Assembly (NCBI GenBank): GCA_963789395.1
Contig: CAWBKP010000022.1
Coordinates: 192,001-256,000 of the forward strand
Source: an uncultured delta proteobacterium
GTDB lineage: Bacteria; Desulfobacterota; Desulfobacteria; Desulfobacterales; Desulfatirhabdiaceae
Length of the DNA stretch: 64,000 nucleotides
Reading direction: 5' to 3'
The translations under genes and the position numbers were made by a program. The notes under the pieces are model-generated. The model saw only the letters and a list, made by a program, of their open reading frames with translations. It did no database searches and was not told where the DNA came from. Within the stretch, counting starts at the first letter, position 1; each line of letters starts with the position of its first letter. Below, one piece after another: positions 22,941-37,942 of this stretch.

Positions 22941-23603
22941 ATGGAATTTGCCACCTGGCTTATCAGCTTTATCATGCACATTGACAGGCATCTGGTCGAA
23001 ATTATCCAGCATTATGGAATATTGACTTATTTTATCATTTTTCTGATCGTATTCTGCGAGACAGGGCTTGTTGTCACTCCGTTTCTTCCCGGCGATTCTT
23101 TGATTTTTGCGCTGGGAGCGCTGGCCGCTGGCGGAGAACTGAATCTTGCCCTGATAAGCGGAGTGCTGGTGTTTGCAGCAATAATTGGCGATACGGTCAA
23201 TTACCATATCGGAAAATATGTGGGTCCGAAAGTATTCACACAGGAGGGCAATCGATTTTTCAAGAAAGAGCATTTGATGAAAACCCATGTCTTTTATGAA
23301 AAACACGGGGCAGTAACCATTATCATCGCCAGGTTCATCCCCATCATCCGTACGTTTGCGCCGTTTGTCGCCGGGATAGGCATCATGAATTACGGCCGGT
23401 TCATTGTGTATAACATCTCGGGGGCCATTATGTGGGTTGCCTTATTCATAACTGGCGGGTATTTTTTTGGAAATCTGCCTATGGTCAGGAAAAATTTTAC
23501 ACTGGTCATCATGGCCATTATTGTGATATCCGTCCTTCCGATTGTGATCGAAGTCTATAAGACATGGAAAGAAAGCAAACAAAGACTTCGGGCGGATCTT
23601 TAA
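22941..23603 (+). CDS. dedA: DedA family membrane protein
   Basis: FCETGLVVTPFLPGDSLIF, GDTVNYHIG, ARFIPIIRTFAPFVAG. Confidence 0.93.
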   Translation: MEFATWLISFIMHIDRHLVEIIQHYGILTYFIIFLIVFCETGLVVTPFLPGDSLIFALGALAAGGELNLALISGVLVFAAIIGDTVNYHIGKYVGPKVFTQEGNRFFKKEHLMKTHVFYEKHGAVTIIIARFIPIIRTFAPFVAGIGIMNYGRFIVYNISGAIMWVALFITGGYFFGNLPMVRKNFTLVIMAIIVISVLPIVIEVYKTWKESKQRLRADL

Positions 23604-23642
23604 CCGTGTGATTCTGGCCTGCGGTTTTCGTATCGTTTTTTC

Positions 23643-24335
23643 TCATCCGGCCTGTATCAGACAATGCTTATCTCTGCGCGCCTCCAGGTCCAGGACAACA
23701 CCTCTTTTGAAATCTTCCTTTCCCCATTGCTCCAGAATCGCCTGACGATATGTTGCAATATCCATATTTTCAAGACGCATGCGAAGGGTTTTAAAGAAAC
23801 AGGGGATTAACTGACCCGGCGTCTGCACATGATGCAGTCCGGCGCTCAGGGTAATCAGCATCCGCCCGCTCGGGATCGCTTGGATGATATCGGCGATTCC
23901 GCCGCGAACCGTCATGGGATTTCCGCGGTTGTCCAGGCCGTTGGCGCGTTTCATGCGTCCCTCCGGCATGATAATCACCATGGAGTCGGGTTTCAGGTGC
24001 TCAAAAAATCTCTCCCAGGAGTGATCTCTGCGTCGGGTTACGGGAACCACATTGCCGGCGACCATTCGAAAAAAATATCCCATGATCGGTCGCCGAAGCG
24101 CCTTATCCGCCACCGGCATTACCCCATACCGGGCGATACGTTTGAGAAAATAGCTGGGAAACCATCCGACAAAAAGGGGTTCATACAGACTGGTATGGTT
24201 CAAAAACGTTACCAGTCGGAGGTCCTTCCAGGGATCTTCGGGGCTGTCGCCGATCCATGAAATGTCAAATCGGTAGCATGCCTTGCTGAAGCATTTAATG
24301 ATCAGAAGCAGGGCATAAACAACTTGTTCTCGCAT
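23643..24335 (-). CDS. Lysophospholipid acyltransferase family protein (PlsC-like)
   Basis: NHTSLYE and MPEGR motifs; RBS before MREQVV. Confidence 0.75.
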   Translation of the reverse strand: MREQVVYALLLIIKCFSKACYRFDISWIGDSPEDPWKDLRLVTFLNHTSLYEPLFVGWFPSYFLKRIARYGVMPVADKALRRPIMGYFFRMVAGNVVPVTRRRDHSWERFFEHLKPDSMVIIMPEGRMKRANGLDNRGNPMTVRGGIADIIQAIPSGRMLITLSAGLHHVQTPGQLIPCFFKTLRMRLENMDIATYRQAILEQWGKEDFKRGVVLDLEARRDKHCLIQAG

Positions 24336-24396
24336 GAAGCTTCCCCCCGTTAGACCGGCGAGCACTTTGGGAAGCAATCTGTTTTCCGGCGAGAAG

Positions 24397-24717
24397 TTAT
24401 TTTTTCGGTTGCTCCTCAATCACTTCATTGACCCAGGCCATGGCTGCCATCATGTTGGGAAAGCCAATTGTCGTCAGGGAAAGAAGTATGGCATGATAAA
24501 TTTCCTCAGGGATGGCTCCGGCTGCCAGGGCTTTTCGTGTATGAGACATGACACCACCACGGGAATTACAGCCCATGGCGATTCCCAGCTTGATCAGATC
24601 CTGGGTTTTGGCATCCAGGGGGCCTGCGTCCCGGCAGGAAATGCCCAGTTGTTTGTAATCTTTGAATACAGCTGGATATTTTTCGATAAATTTTTGATAA
24701 ATATTCGGTAGATACAT
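24397..24717 (-). CDS. Carboxymuconolactone decarboxylase (AhpD-like) family protein
   Basis: GPLDAKTQDLIKLGIA...SHTRKALAAGAIPEEIYHAILLSLTTIGFP; GGAGG RBS before MYLP. Confidence 0.85.
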   Translation of the reverse strand: MYLPNIYQKFIEKYPAVFKDYKQLGISCRDAGPLDAKTQDLIKLGIAMGCNSRGGVMSHTRKALAAGAIPEEIYHAILLSLTTIGFPNMMAAMAWVNEVIEEQPKK

Positions 24718-24938
24718 GCTGCCTCCTCGAGTGGAATAAAGTGGTGAACATAATGTTTCATCTGCTTTCCCGCACACAGCCAGGATGGACATGATAGGGG
24801 GCAGACTGGAAATATCCGCTTGATTTATAACCACAGGACATTTATTACCTGTGCCAGAAAAATATTCTGTTTATATATACGCATGCCAATTGTGATTTTC
24901 AACTCAATTATGTATCCGGCAGGGGGAACCTTATCACT

Positions 24939-25601
24939 ATGCAACCAATCTGTACTGACTTGAAGCGGAAACTCTGCCTCGATGCTCTGAAAACCCTGTG
25001 CCGAATATTCTGGGGGCCAGAGCTTGCACTTTGTCAGGATATCAAAAATGGTAGCTTCGTTATGCTGCTGCAGGATGTTTCGGATGTTTTCAAAACGGAC
25101 TTGTCTTTCGACGTCAAGGCCGTGGAAACGCTCATTGACAAAAACGAAGATGATGAATCCCTCTGTGAGGTGCTATCCGATGGCTACATCGCGCTGTTTG
25201 TCAACGACATGAAGGGGATTCCGGCCCCCTTGTATCATTCATGTTATCTGGCCTCGGACACCCGGCTGATGGGCTTTCCCGCCTTGGATATGAAAAATCG
25301 CCTCGATCGACACGGTCTTTCCATTTCCCTGCCTGGAAATGAGCCTGCGGATCATCTCGCGATCGAATTGGAATATCTCTATTATTTGTTGAATACAGGA
25401 TGGTCGAAATCCAGCGGCAACTATATTCAGGAGGCGATTCAGTTTGCTCGAGACTCGATGTACGGTTGGGTGCGCCTGTTTTACGAACGCATTCTTGCAG
25501 ATGACAGGTTCCCATTTTATATGATTGCAGCAAGGCTGCTTTGTTTAATTATACGAAGCCTGGGGGAATCACAATGTTTCGTCATGCAGGCGAAAACCTG
25601 A
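24939..25601 (+). CDS. TorD/DmsD family molybdoenzyme maturation chaperone
   Basis: YIALFV...APLYHSCY...NEPADHLAIELEYLYYL; WV..F...FY. Confidence 0.85.
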   Translation: MQPICTDLKRKLCLDALKTLCRIFWGPELALCQDIKNGSFVMLLQDVSDVFKTDLSFDVKAVETLIDKNEDDESLCEVLSDGYIALFVNDMKGIPAPLYHSCYLASDTRLMGFPALDMKNRLDRHGLSISLPGNEPADHLAIELEYLYYLLNTGWSKSSGNYIQEAIQFARDSMYGWVRLFYERILADDRFPFYMIAARLLCLIIRSLGESQCFVMQAKT

Positions 25602-25706
25602 ATCCGGTTTGATTTCAGCATGATGTGAAGATGAAAATGCCTTGGACAGTCCAGACAATAAAGAAGTCGCTGATATGAAGGGGAATCATCCTGGATAAAA
25701 AATAAT

Positions 25707-25851
25707 TTGACAACGGGCTTCAACCAATATAAATAGGGCGGGCTTTTGGTGGTGAAGCGAATTTCTGGACAAGGCCATCTGAAGAATTTTTTCTGATCCG
25801 CGAAAAAAACACAAAATAACAGTTGACAAAGCGGCTGAAAAAAAATAAATT
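25707..25851 (+). promoter_or_regulatory. Tandem rRNA promoters P1/P2
   Basis: TTGACA-N17-TAAATA at 25707 and TTGACA-N17-TAAATT at 25823, each with an A/T-rich upstream tract; boxA-like TGATCTTTGAAAA near 25898. Confidence 0.7.
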
Positions 25852-25980
25852 AGTCAGGTTTGGATGTGAGTAGGGAGTTTTGATCCCATCGCAATTTGAT
25901 CTTTGAAAACTAGATAGTGACAGCTTGTGAGTTTAAGGAACCCAGTTAATTTATCCGCGAGAGCGGATATTAAATAGTTT

Positions 25981-27546
<1,566 letters not shown>

Positions 27547-27698
27547 AAGGAAGCAATTCTTAAAGAAAGAAAAAGCATTTCCTTAATAAACACTGTCACT
27601 ATCTAGTTTTGAGAGATCAAGTTTTGTTCTTTCAATTGATGAAGTAAGGCTCAGCCAACGCGTTATTAAAGGGGTAAAGCCCTCTTGAAAATGTTTTG

Positions 27699-27776
<78 letters not shown>

Positions 27777-27801
27777 TTCTTATCAAGAGGTGAGTAGCTA
27801 T

Positions 27802-27877
27802 GGGGGTGTAGCTCAGCTGGGAGAGCGCCTGCCTTGCACGCAGGAGGCCATCGGTTCGATCCCGTTCACCTCCACCA
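27802..27877 (+). tRNA. tRNA-Ala(TGC)
   Basis: GGGGGTGTAGCTCAG...CCTTGCACGCAGG...GGTTCGATCCC...CTCCACCA. Confidence 0.97.
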
Positions 27878-27999
27878 AAAAGATGTGCGAGTCAGTGTTT
27901 CATCAATGTTCTTTGACAATTTGAAAGTGTAGTACACAGAAAACGAATGAAGATGTAGTAGTGTCAAAAGCATCAGCATGATTGTGATAAGTGATTTGT

Positions 28000-31018
<3,019 letters not shown>

Positions 31019-31094
31019 CAAAACAGTTGTCACAATCCTTTTTGTGTACGCATTTTTAAATTGTCCCAAAGACTTAAAGCCGAAAATACCCTTT

Positions 31095-31210
<116 letters not shown>

Positions 31211-31220
31211 AATCTTATAT

Positions 31221-31259
31221 AAAGCCTGTCTTCACCTTGCGTGATGACAGGCTTTTTTT
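31221..31259 (+). terminator. Rho-independent terminator of the rrn operon
   Basis: AAAGCCTGTC...GACAGGCTTT stem followed by a T-tract. Confidence 0.85.
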
Positions 31260-31448
31260 GTTGTTTGTGATACGCTTGTGCCGCCGTATAAAAAATAAAT
31301 ATATCAGACGGTCGGGTCAAATTCAGGGTTTGTAATAGAATTGTCTTTCCTCATATCCGCTTTGCTTTTCAATGTATTCCTCCGTATTATATGATTATTA
31401 ATAATGAGGACTTTTAAAGAATGTTTGCATATACGATATGGGGGGATA

Positions 31449-32528
31449 ATGGATTTTCCTGAACTTAAAATCGGCGATCTTGTCTGCCGCATTCCGATTA
31501 TTCAGGGAGGCATGGGGGTTGGAATCTCCATGTCCGGACTGGCATCGGCTGTGGCGAATGAAGGCGGGATCGGCGTGATTGCCGGCGCCATGGTCGGTAT
31601 CGACGAGCCCGATATTACCGAGAACCCGGTTGCGGCCAATGTCAGAGCTCTGAAACAGATGATTCGAAAGGCAAGGTCCCAGACAGCAGGGATAATCGGC
31701 GTTAATATCATGTTCGTTCTGACCCATTATCCGGAGCTAGTCAAAGCCGCGATTGAGGAGGGGGTTGACATCATATTTTCCGGTGCCGGCCTGCCTATGG
31801 ATCTTCCCGGATATCTGACAAACGGTGCCAGGACTAAGCTGGTTCCTATTGTTTCATCTGCCCGGGCAGCCAGGTTGATCTGCCAGAAATGGCTGTCAAG
31901 ATTCAATTATATTCCGGATGCGTTCGTGGTTGAAGGGCCAATGGCCGGTGGGCATCTGGGCTTTAAAAAAGAACAGATCGAAGATCCGACCTATGCCATT
32001 GAAAGGCTGGTCGTTGAAGTGATCGAAGCTGTTGATGCCATTGGTGCCGAGCGCGGTGTCACAATTCCGGTTATTGCCGCCGGCGGCATTTACACGGGAG
32101 AGGACATCCGGCGGTTTTTAAAGCTGGGAGCTGCCGGGGTACAGATGGGAACCCGTTTTGTGGCTACCCATGAATGCGATGCAAGCTTGGATTTCAAGAA
32201 AACGTATATCGAGGCCAAAAAAGACGATCTGATTATCATCAAGAGTCCGGTGGGAATGCCTGGCCGCGCTCTGCGGAATCAATTTCTGACCGAGGTGGAA
32301 AACGGCAACAAGACGCCCTTCACTTGCCCCTATCATTGTATCAAAACCTGTGATCGCACAAAAAGTCCCTATTGCATTGCGCTGGCCCTTGCCGTTGCCC
32401 GAAAGGGGAAGTTCAAAAATGGATTTGCCTTTGCCGGCGCCAACGCCTACCGGGTAGACAAGATCATTTCGGTCAAGGAGTTGATCGACTCGTTGCAGGC
32501 AGAGTTTTCCCAAGCCTACTGCTGTTGA
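31449..32528 (+). CDS. Nitronate monooxygenase / FabK-like FMN oxidoreductase
   Basis: PIIQGGMGVGIS, SGAGLP, VEGPMAGGHLG, AAGGIY, GVQMGTRF, CxxCxxxC...YCI tail. Confidence 0.88.
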   Translation: MDFPELKIGDLVCRIPIIQGGMGVGISMSGLASAVANEGGIGVIAGAMVGIDEPDITENPVAANVRALKQMIRKARSQTAGIIGVNIMFVLTHYPELVKAAIEEGVDIIFSGAGLPMDLPGYLTNGARTKLVPIVSSARAARLICQKWLSRFNYIPDAFVVEGPMAGGHLGFKKEQIEDPTYAIERLVVEVIEAVDAIGAERGVTIPVIAAGGIYTGEDIRRFLKLGAAGVQMGTRFVATHECDASLDFKKTYIEAKKDDLIIIKSPVGMPGRALRNQFLTEVENGNKTPFTCPYHCIKTCDRTKSPYCIALALAVARKGKFKNGFAFAGANAYRVDKIISVKELIDSLQAEFSQAYCC

Positions 32529-34138
32529 AGCCGCCGCCACAGGGTTGCAGTACTGATGCCGAGTTTCTTTGCCGCTTCATTTCGCCTGTTTCCAGTGATT
32601 TCAAGAACCCTGCGTATATAGCGATTTTCGAGTTCTACCAGCGTAGGCTGATCCGCTCCCAATATCGTCAGAGGGTCGGTCGGGTGGGCGGACATGTGAA
32701 GGGGCAGGTGTTCGGGCATAATCTGCTCGCTGCCTGCCAGGATCACAGCATATTCAACCCAGTTGGAAAGTTCCCGGACATTACCGGGCCAGAGGTGGGT
32801 TTCCATGCATCGCAGGGCTGCGGGCGAGAACCCGCGGCTGTCTTTATTCAAGTTGGATAAAAAATGCCTGGCCAGGATCAGAATATCCTGGCGCCGTTCA
32901 CGCAGAGGGCTGATAAACAGTGGAAAAACCGCCAGGCGGTAGTAAAGATCTTCCCTGAATTTGCCCTGTGATATCATTTCCCTCAAGTCCCGGTTGGATG
33001 CGGAAACGATCCGCGCGCGAATCGGAGAAACGGTCAGTCCTCCAACGGGTCTCACTTCTTTTTCCTGTAACGCTCTCAGGAGCTTGGCCTGGAGTTCCGG
33101 AGTAAGTTCCGCCACTTCATCCAGAAAAAGCGTTCCCTCTCCTGCTTCCACAAACAGGCCTTTTTTATCACTGTCCGCTCCGGTGAATGCGCCCTTGACA
33201 TGTCCGAAGAGTTCGGATTCCAAGAGACCCGGCGGCAGCGCCGCACAGTTGATTGCCAGAAATGGATCATTGGCATGTGTCGAGTGCCGGTGAATAAACC
33301 GGGCCATCACTTCTTTTCCCACACCACTTTCCCCCTGGATCAGCACGCTGGACCGGGTAGGAGATACTTTATTTGCCAGAGTTAGCACCCGGGACATGGC
33401 GCTGCTGCGGAAAATGATTTCGCCGTCTGTTTCAACCTGACCCGTCAGCAGGCGCAGGCGGGAAATTTCCGCATTCTGCCGGTGCAGATCTTCACGGGCC
33501 TGACGAAGTTCGGCATTCAACTGAATGAGTTTTTCATCCAGGGGGGGTAAATCGAACCGTTGTTGCAAGTCTTCCGGCCGAAGACCCCACTCCGAAACTG
33601 TCCTGGCTTCGAACTGGCAGTATTCGTGGCCCTGAGCCCGGCAGGAAGTTTCTCTGACGAGCACCTCGCTTCCCAGCACTGCGCTGGCAAAGCCACTGGA
33701 AAGGCCTGCCAGAATATGGCAGACGGGGGCATCTTGCGGTTTAAAATGGGTGAGCCAGTTGACCGATTCAAAGGAATCCCGCCACCTGCCGGCCATTTTC
33801 AGATTTTTTTTCTCGATATCGATTGACATCTCCACGATCTCTTCATGCGCAAGGCCTGCCATGGTCCGCAGAACTGCGCCTGCCTTCAGCCATTCTTCCG
33901 CAGAATCAAAGTCGTAGAGTTCGGAAATGGCGGTCGCGATTCCCAGCCCCGAATCATATCCGAAGCGAGATAATATGATGGCGTCTTTCTCTATTCCCAG
34001 GCTCTGTATCAGATCTTTCTGAAGCCTGGCAAGAGAAGGCATGCCAAACATGACCATCCGGTAATCGCCGAACAGCGGAAATCCTGTGGAGCGATCGATG
34101 CCGATGAGTTCCAGTCGTTCAAGGTCGCAGGCTCGCAA
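32516..34138 (-). CDS. XylR/DmpR-family sigma54-dependent activator (XylR_N, V4R, AAA+, HTH)
   Basis: N-terminal RFGY...GRWRDSFE...PVCHILAG..SGF...ETSCRAQGHEYCQF; GESGVGKE, ESELFGHVKGAFTGA, FREDLYYRL, WPGNVREL; C-terminal HTH. Confidence 0.92.
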   Translation of the reverse strand: MRACDLERLELIGIDRSTGFPLFGDYRMVMFGMPSLARLQKDLIQSLGIEKDAIILSRFGYDSGLGIATAISELYDFDSAEEWLKAGAVLRTMAGLAHEEIVEMSIDIEKKNLKMAGRWRDSFESVNWLTHFKPQDAPVCHILAGLSSGFASAVLGSEVLVRETSCRAQGHEYCQFEARTVSEWGLRPEDLQQRFDLPPLDEKLIQLNAELRQAREDLHRQNAEISRLRLLTGQVETDGEIIFRSSAMSRVLTLANKVSPTRSSVLIQGESGVGKEVMARFIHRHSTHANDPFLAINCAALPPGLLESELFGHVKGAFTGADSDKKGLFVEAGEGTLFLDEVAELTPELQAKLLRALQEKEVRPVGGLTVSPIRARIVSASNRDLREMISQGKFREDLYYRLAVFPLFISPLRERRQDILILARHFLSNLNKDSRGFSPAALRCMETHLWPGNVRELSNWVEYAVILAGSEQIMPEHLPLHMSAHPTDPLTILGADQPTLVELENRYIRRVLEITGNRRNEAAKKLGISTATLWRRLQQQ

Positions 34139-34189
34139 TTATCCCCCATACGCTGATTAAAGAATTTTGAGCACGATTGTTGAATCGAT

Positions 34190-34313
34190 ATTACAATTTG
34201 AAATGAAACATATCAATATGAAATAACATTTAATCCCAATATCTGCATAAACGATATAACTACTTGATAATAAATATATTTAATATATTAAAGTGTCTGG
34301 CACAGCCATTGCT
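34190..34313 (+). promoter_or_regulatory. Sigma54 promoter with two upstream palindromic UAS candidates
   Basis: TGGCAC-AGCCA-TTGCT at 34298-34313 (canonical -24/-12); ATTACAATTTGAAAT (34190) and ATATCAATATGAAAT (34210) are 20 bp apart; AT-rich spacer between. Confidence 0.85.
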
Positions 34314-34425
34314 GTAAGTGTAAAAAACAAGAATTTGCATCAACGCCTTGTAATGAAACAGCGCTTTTACATTAAAATCGGCATTGAAGTTATTGCACTA
34401 ACCATTCAGCAAAAGGAAGTGGATC

Positions 34426-34823
34426 ATGAGAAAAAGAATCATATCTTTGGGAATTTTGTCAATCATGCTGGTTGTCGGAGTTGTCTGTTTTTCCCCTGAA
34501 GAAAGCAGGGCAAATGATTTTATGAACTGCTGGAGTGAATCGTATTTTGAACATCATCCTGATGACGGTTCAACAGTTGACCGATAAATACGGCTAACCC
34601 CAGAAAAATTGTTGATCTGGAAGGCGGCAAAAAAGAATATGTGTACAAAAAATTTGGAAAAGATTCGATGCTGGAAAGTACCCGTCATTTTATCATTAAA
34701 GACGAAAAAGTGGTGAAAGGCTTTTACGAAAGATTAACCGCCGATCATAGTCCTGGTTCAGGATTGGCGCATCCAGCCGGGAAAACTATATCGAATGTAA
34801 CTTGTCGAAAAGGCGGGTTCTGA
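34426..34823 (+). CDS. Small secreted hypothetical protein, frameshifted (true stop uncertain, between about 34740 and 34823)
   Basis: AAGGAAG RBS; MRKRIISLGILSIMLVVGVVCFSPEESRA signal peptide; continues across indels as NDFMNCWSESYFEHHP-MTVQQLTDKYG-NPQK-IVDLEGGKKEYVYKKFGKDSMLESTRHFIIKDEKVVKGFY. Confidence 0.65.
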
Positions 34824-34844
34824 AAAACCGAACCCGCCTTTTCG
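34806..34844. terminator. Strong hairpin / probable bidirectional terminator
   Basis: Perfect 15-bp inverted repeat CGAAAAGGCGGGTTC / GAACCCGCCTTTTCG. Confidence 0.8.
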
Positions 34845-35057
34845 GTGTTGTTGATATGCCGATATCCCTCTTCTCGTTGCTACCCAGAATCGCTTCTGTT
34901 TTCTCTGCCAGAGCGCATATTCAGGATATGATATTAGTTACTTCTTTTATTCTGTAACCCTTTTAACATATCCGATTCATTATCAAAAAAACATAAGCTT
35001 CGAGCCTGTTGAAGTCGTAAATGATTTGCGGCATGAATATTTATTGATGGAGGATGC

Positions 35058-36032
35058 ATGCAGACGGATATTTCAAGAAGACAGTTTTTCAAAAATGGCG
35101 CGCTTGCGGCTGCAACGCTTGCGGTTTCAAATGTGCCGCAGGTGTTGGCCTCGCAGCAGGAAACAGACCGGCAGCTGACCACCCTGATCGATATTTCCCG
35201 CTGCATTGGATGCGAGGCTTGTGTGGATGCCTGCAAGGAAAGCAATGAAGCCAAATTTCCCGACCCGGTAAAGCCCTTTCCAAAAATGGTTCCCGCACGG
35301 GTAAAAGTTGAAGACTGGTCGAACCAAAAAGATGTCCGGGATCGCCTGACTCCTTACAACTGGCTCTTTATTCAACATGCGGTGGTGCAAACGGACAGTG
35401 GTGAAAAAGAGATCACAATTCCGCGCCGCTGCATGCACTGCGTGAATCCTCCCTGCGTGAAACTCTGCCCCTGGGGTGCCGCCATTCAGCAGAAAAACGG
35501 TATTTCCCGCATGGATCCGGATCTGTGTCTGGGCGGTGCCAAATGCAAGAATGTCTGCCCCTGGAAGATCCCTCAACGCCAGACAGGAGCCGGGTTGTAC
35601 CTGGACATTCTGCCGTCTCTGGCCGGAAACGGGGTGATGAATAAGTGCGACCGCTGTTATGACAGGATCGCCAAAGGTGGGATTCCGGCCTGCATCGAGG
35701 CCTGCCCCGAGCAGGTACAAAGCATCGGCCCCCGCAGGGAGATCCTGCAACAGGCCCATGAACTGGCATCATCCAAGAACGGATTTATTTACGGCGAGAC
35801 GGAAAACGGCGGGACCAATACCATCTATGTTTCTCCGGTTCCCTTTGAAACGCTGAACCAGGCCATCGACAAAGGCCAGGGAAGGCCGGGCCTGAAAAAA
35901 GCAAAAGATGAAATGTCCGAAGCCAATACCCTGGCCGCGGCTCTCGTGATTGCCCCGATCGCAGGCCTTGTATCCGCCATTGGCAGGTATTACAACTCAG
36001 TGAAAAAACATGCCTCGGGAGGTCCGTCATGA
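35058..36032 (+). CDS. Tat-exported 4Fe-4S dicluster protein (HybA/FdnH/HmcB-like)
   Basis: SRRQFFK twin-arginine signal; CIGCEACVDAC, CMHCVNPPCVKLCP, CLGGAKCKNVCP, KCDRC...PACIEACP; YGETENGGTN; C-terminal TM helix. Confidence 0.88.
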   Translation: MQTDISRRQFFKNGALAAATLAVSNVPQVLASQQETDRQLTTLIDISRCIGCEACVDACKESNEAKFPDPVKPFPKMVPARVKVEDWSNQKDVRDRLTPYNWLFIQHAVVQTDSGEKEITIPRRCMHCVNPPCVKLCPWGAAIQQKNGISRMDPDLCLGGAKCKNVCPWKIPQRQTGAGLYLDILPSLAGNGVMNKCDRCYDRIAKGGIPACIEACPEQVQSIGPRREILQQAHELASSKNGFIYGETENGGTNTIYVSPVPFETLNQAIDKGQGRPGLKKAKDEMSEANTLAAALVIAPIAGLVSAIGRYYNSVKKHASGGPS

Positions 36033-36499
36033 ATCCTCAATCAATCGCCATCCATCCCGGCAGCCGCCGAAAAACCATGTATCTGATCACCCTGTTTGTC
36101 ATTACGCTTACCGGCTTTGCCCAGATGCCCATATTCAAGCGCTACTATATTGCCGATATTCCCGGTCTGGGATGGCTGGATGAATTCTACGTTACCCATT
36201 ATCTGCATTATCTGGCGGCAGCCGTGCTGCTGGCCCTGGTGTTTGACGGGGCTGCCGGATATCTGCTGATGTTTCGAAAGCATTACCGCATTACGGTTGC
36301 CGGCGGTATCCGGAGCGTGGTGTTATCCGGCCTGATTGTGACTGGTGCTTTGATGGCGGTGAAAAATTTTTCCGGGTACTGGTTTTCGCAGCATGCGATC
36401 ATTACGATAGATATCCTGCATATTGCACTGACGGTCTTTTATCTTTCCGTAGCGCTGTGGACACTCGTTTCCGGGAAAAAATGGATTGAAAAAATCTGA
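36029..36499 (+). CDS. Four-helix membrane partner (cytochrome b-like) of the FeS protein
   Basis: TGFAQMPIFKRYYIADIPGLGWL...THYLHY...LH; ATGA overlap with the upstream gene. Confidence 0.75.
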   Translation: MNPQSIAIHPGSRRKTMYLITLFVITLTGFAQMPIFKRYYIADIPGLGWLDEFYVTHYLHYLAAAVLLALVFDGAAGYLLMFRKHYRITVAGGIRSVVLSGLIVTGALMAVKNFSGYWFSQHAIITIDILHIALTVFYLSVALWTLVSGKKWIEKI

Positions 36500-36525
36500 G
36501 GGGTCTGATGTCGCGCCCGCAGAAT

Positions 36526-36554
36526 GCTTGCCTGGCCCCCCGGGCCAGGCAAGC
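36526..36554. terminator. GC-rich hairpin between convergent genes
   Basis: Perfect 13-bp stem GCTTGCCTGGCCC / GGGCCAGGCAAGC with a 3-nt loop; no clear U-tract. Confidence 0.55.
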
Positions 36555-36563
36555 CGTGACAGG

Positions 36564-37942
36564 CTAAAAAATCTTGTCCCGGGTTCATCAACCACTTGGG
36601 GTCGATCGTCTCCTTGATCTGGCGCATGAGATCATAGCTCTCTCCGTGTTCGAGCTGCATGAACTTGCGCTTTCCGATGCCCACCCCATGCTCGCCCGTG
36701 CAGGTACCCCCCACTTGGACGGCTCTTTCCACGATGGCATGATTAATGGCCTCCAGCTTTGACCATTCCACTGGTTCCGCCGGGTCCCCCACAAGCACGA
36801 CATGCAGATTGCCGTCGCCTGCGTGCCCGAAAACATAGCCGATGGCGCGGTATTCGTCCACAATCTTCTGCGAAAACACGACGATTTCGGGATAGCAGGA
36901 GATCGGAACCGCTGCGTCGACGATCAGGGTTTGCTTTTTCGGGTGGGCGCGATGGATGGTCTCCCACGCCTCGTGGCGCGCGCGCCACAGGTCCTTGCGG
37001 GCGCCCTCTTCGGTTTCGAAGGTAAAGCCGATCGCTCCGCAGTCTTCGCATACTTCCCTGGCAAGATCGGCAGTTTCCTGGAGAACGGTTTTGCTGATGC
37101 CGTGAAATTCGCAGAAAAGGGATGGCTCCTCGGCAAGGCCAAGATGTTTTTCCCGGTTCATCAACTGGATCAAGCCGGGCGGCAGCAGCTCCAGGGCGGC
37201 AGGTCCCAGGCCCGAGCCGATCATTAGGGCTACGGCCCGGGATGCGCTTTCCAGATCCTTGAATCGAATGGTTGCGGCCAGAAAATGACTGGGAATGCCG
37301 GTCAGGCGAAGCGTTGCCTCGGTAACGATTCCCAGGGTTCCCTCGGATCCCACAAAGAGACGCGTCAGGTCGTAGCCGGATGAAGATTTGGGCGCTTTGC
37401 AGCCCGTGTGGATGATTCCACCCTGAGGCAGCACCACTGTCAGGCGCATGATGTAATCCTTGGTGGCCCCGTATTTTACGGTCTGAACTCCGGATGCGTT
37501 ATTGGCGATCATGCCGCCGATGGTGGCGTCGGCCCCCGGATCCGGCGGGAAAAAAAGACCATGCTTACCGGCCTGCCGGTTCAGTTCCTTTCGAAGGACG
37601 CCGGGTTCCACATCGGCTTGAAGGTCCTGGGGGCGAATGTCGCAGGATACGGTTCATCTGGGTCAGATCCACCACGAGTCCGCCCCGGGTGGGAACAGGG
37701 TTGCCCTCGGTGCTGGTGCCGGCCCCCCAGGGGGTGACGGGGACATCGTTGGCATATGCCCACGACAAAATGCGGGATACCTCATCGGTTGTAAGCGGCC
37801 AGATAATTCCGGCCGGAAGCGTTCCCGGGTGGGATGAAATGTCGTGGCGGTGAAGCTCCCGGTTGGACTGTCCGGTGGAGAAGCGGTCCGAATCAACAAT
37901 GGCTGACAGATCGGCGATATTCCGGGGAGTGAACGTTTCCAT
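36564..37942 (-). CDS. FAD-linked 2-hydroxyacid dehydrogenase (D-lactate dehydrogenase/GlcD family), frameshifts near 37635 and 36575
   Basis: PWGAGTSTEG, PPDPGADATIGGMIANNASG, GYDLTRLFVGSEGTLG, GHAGDGNLH, GEHGVGIGK; expected end MNPGKIF* restored by one indel. Confidence 0.88.
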
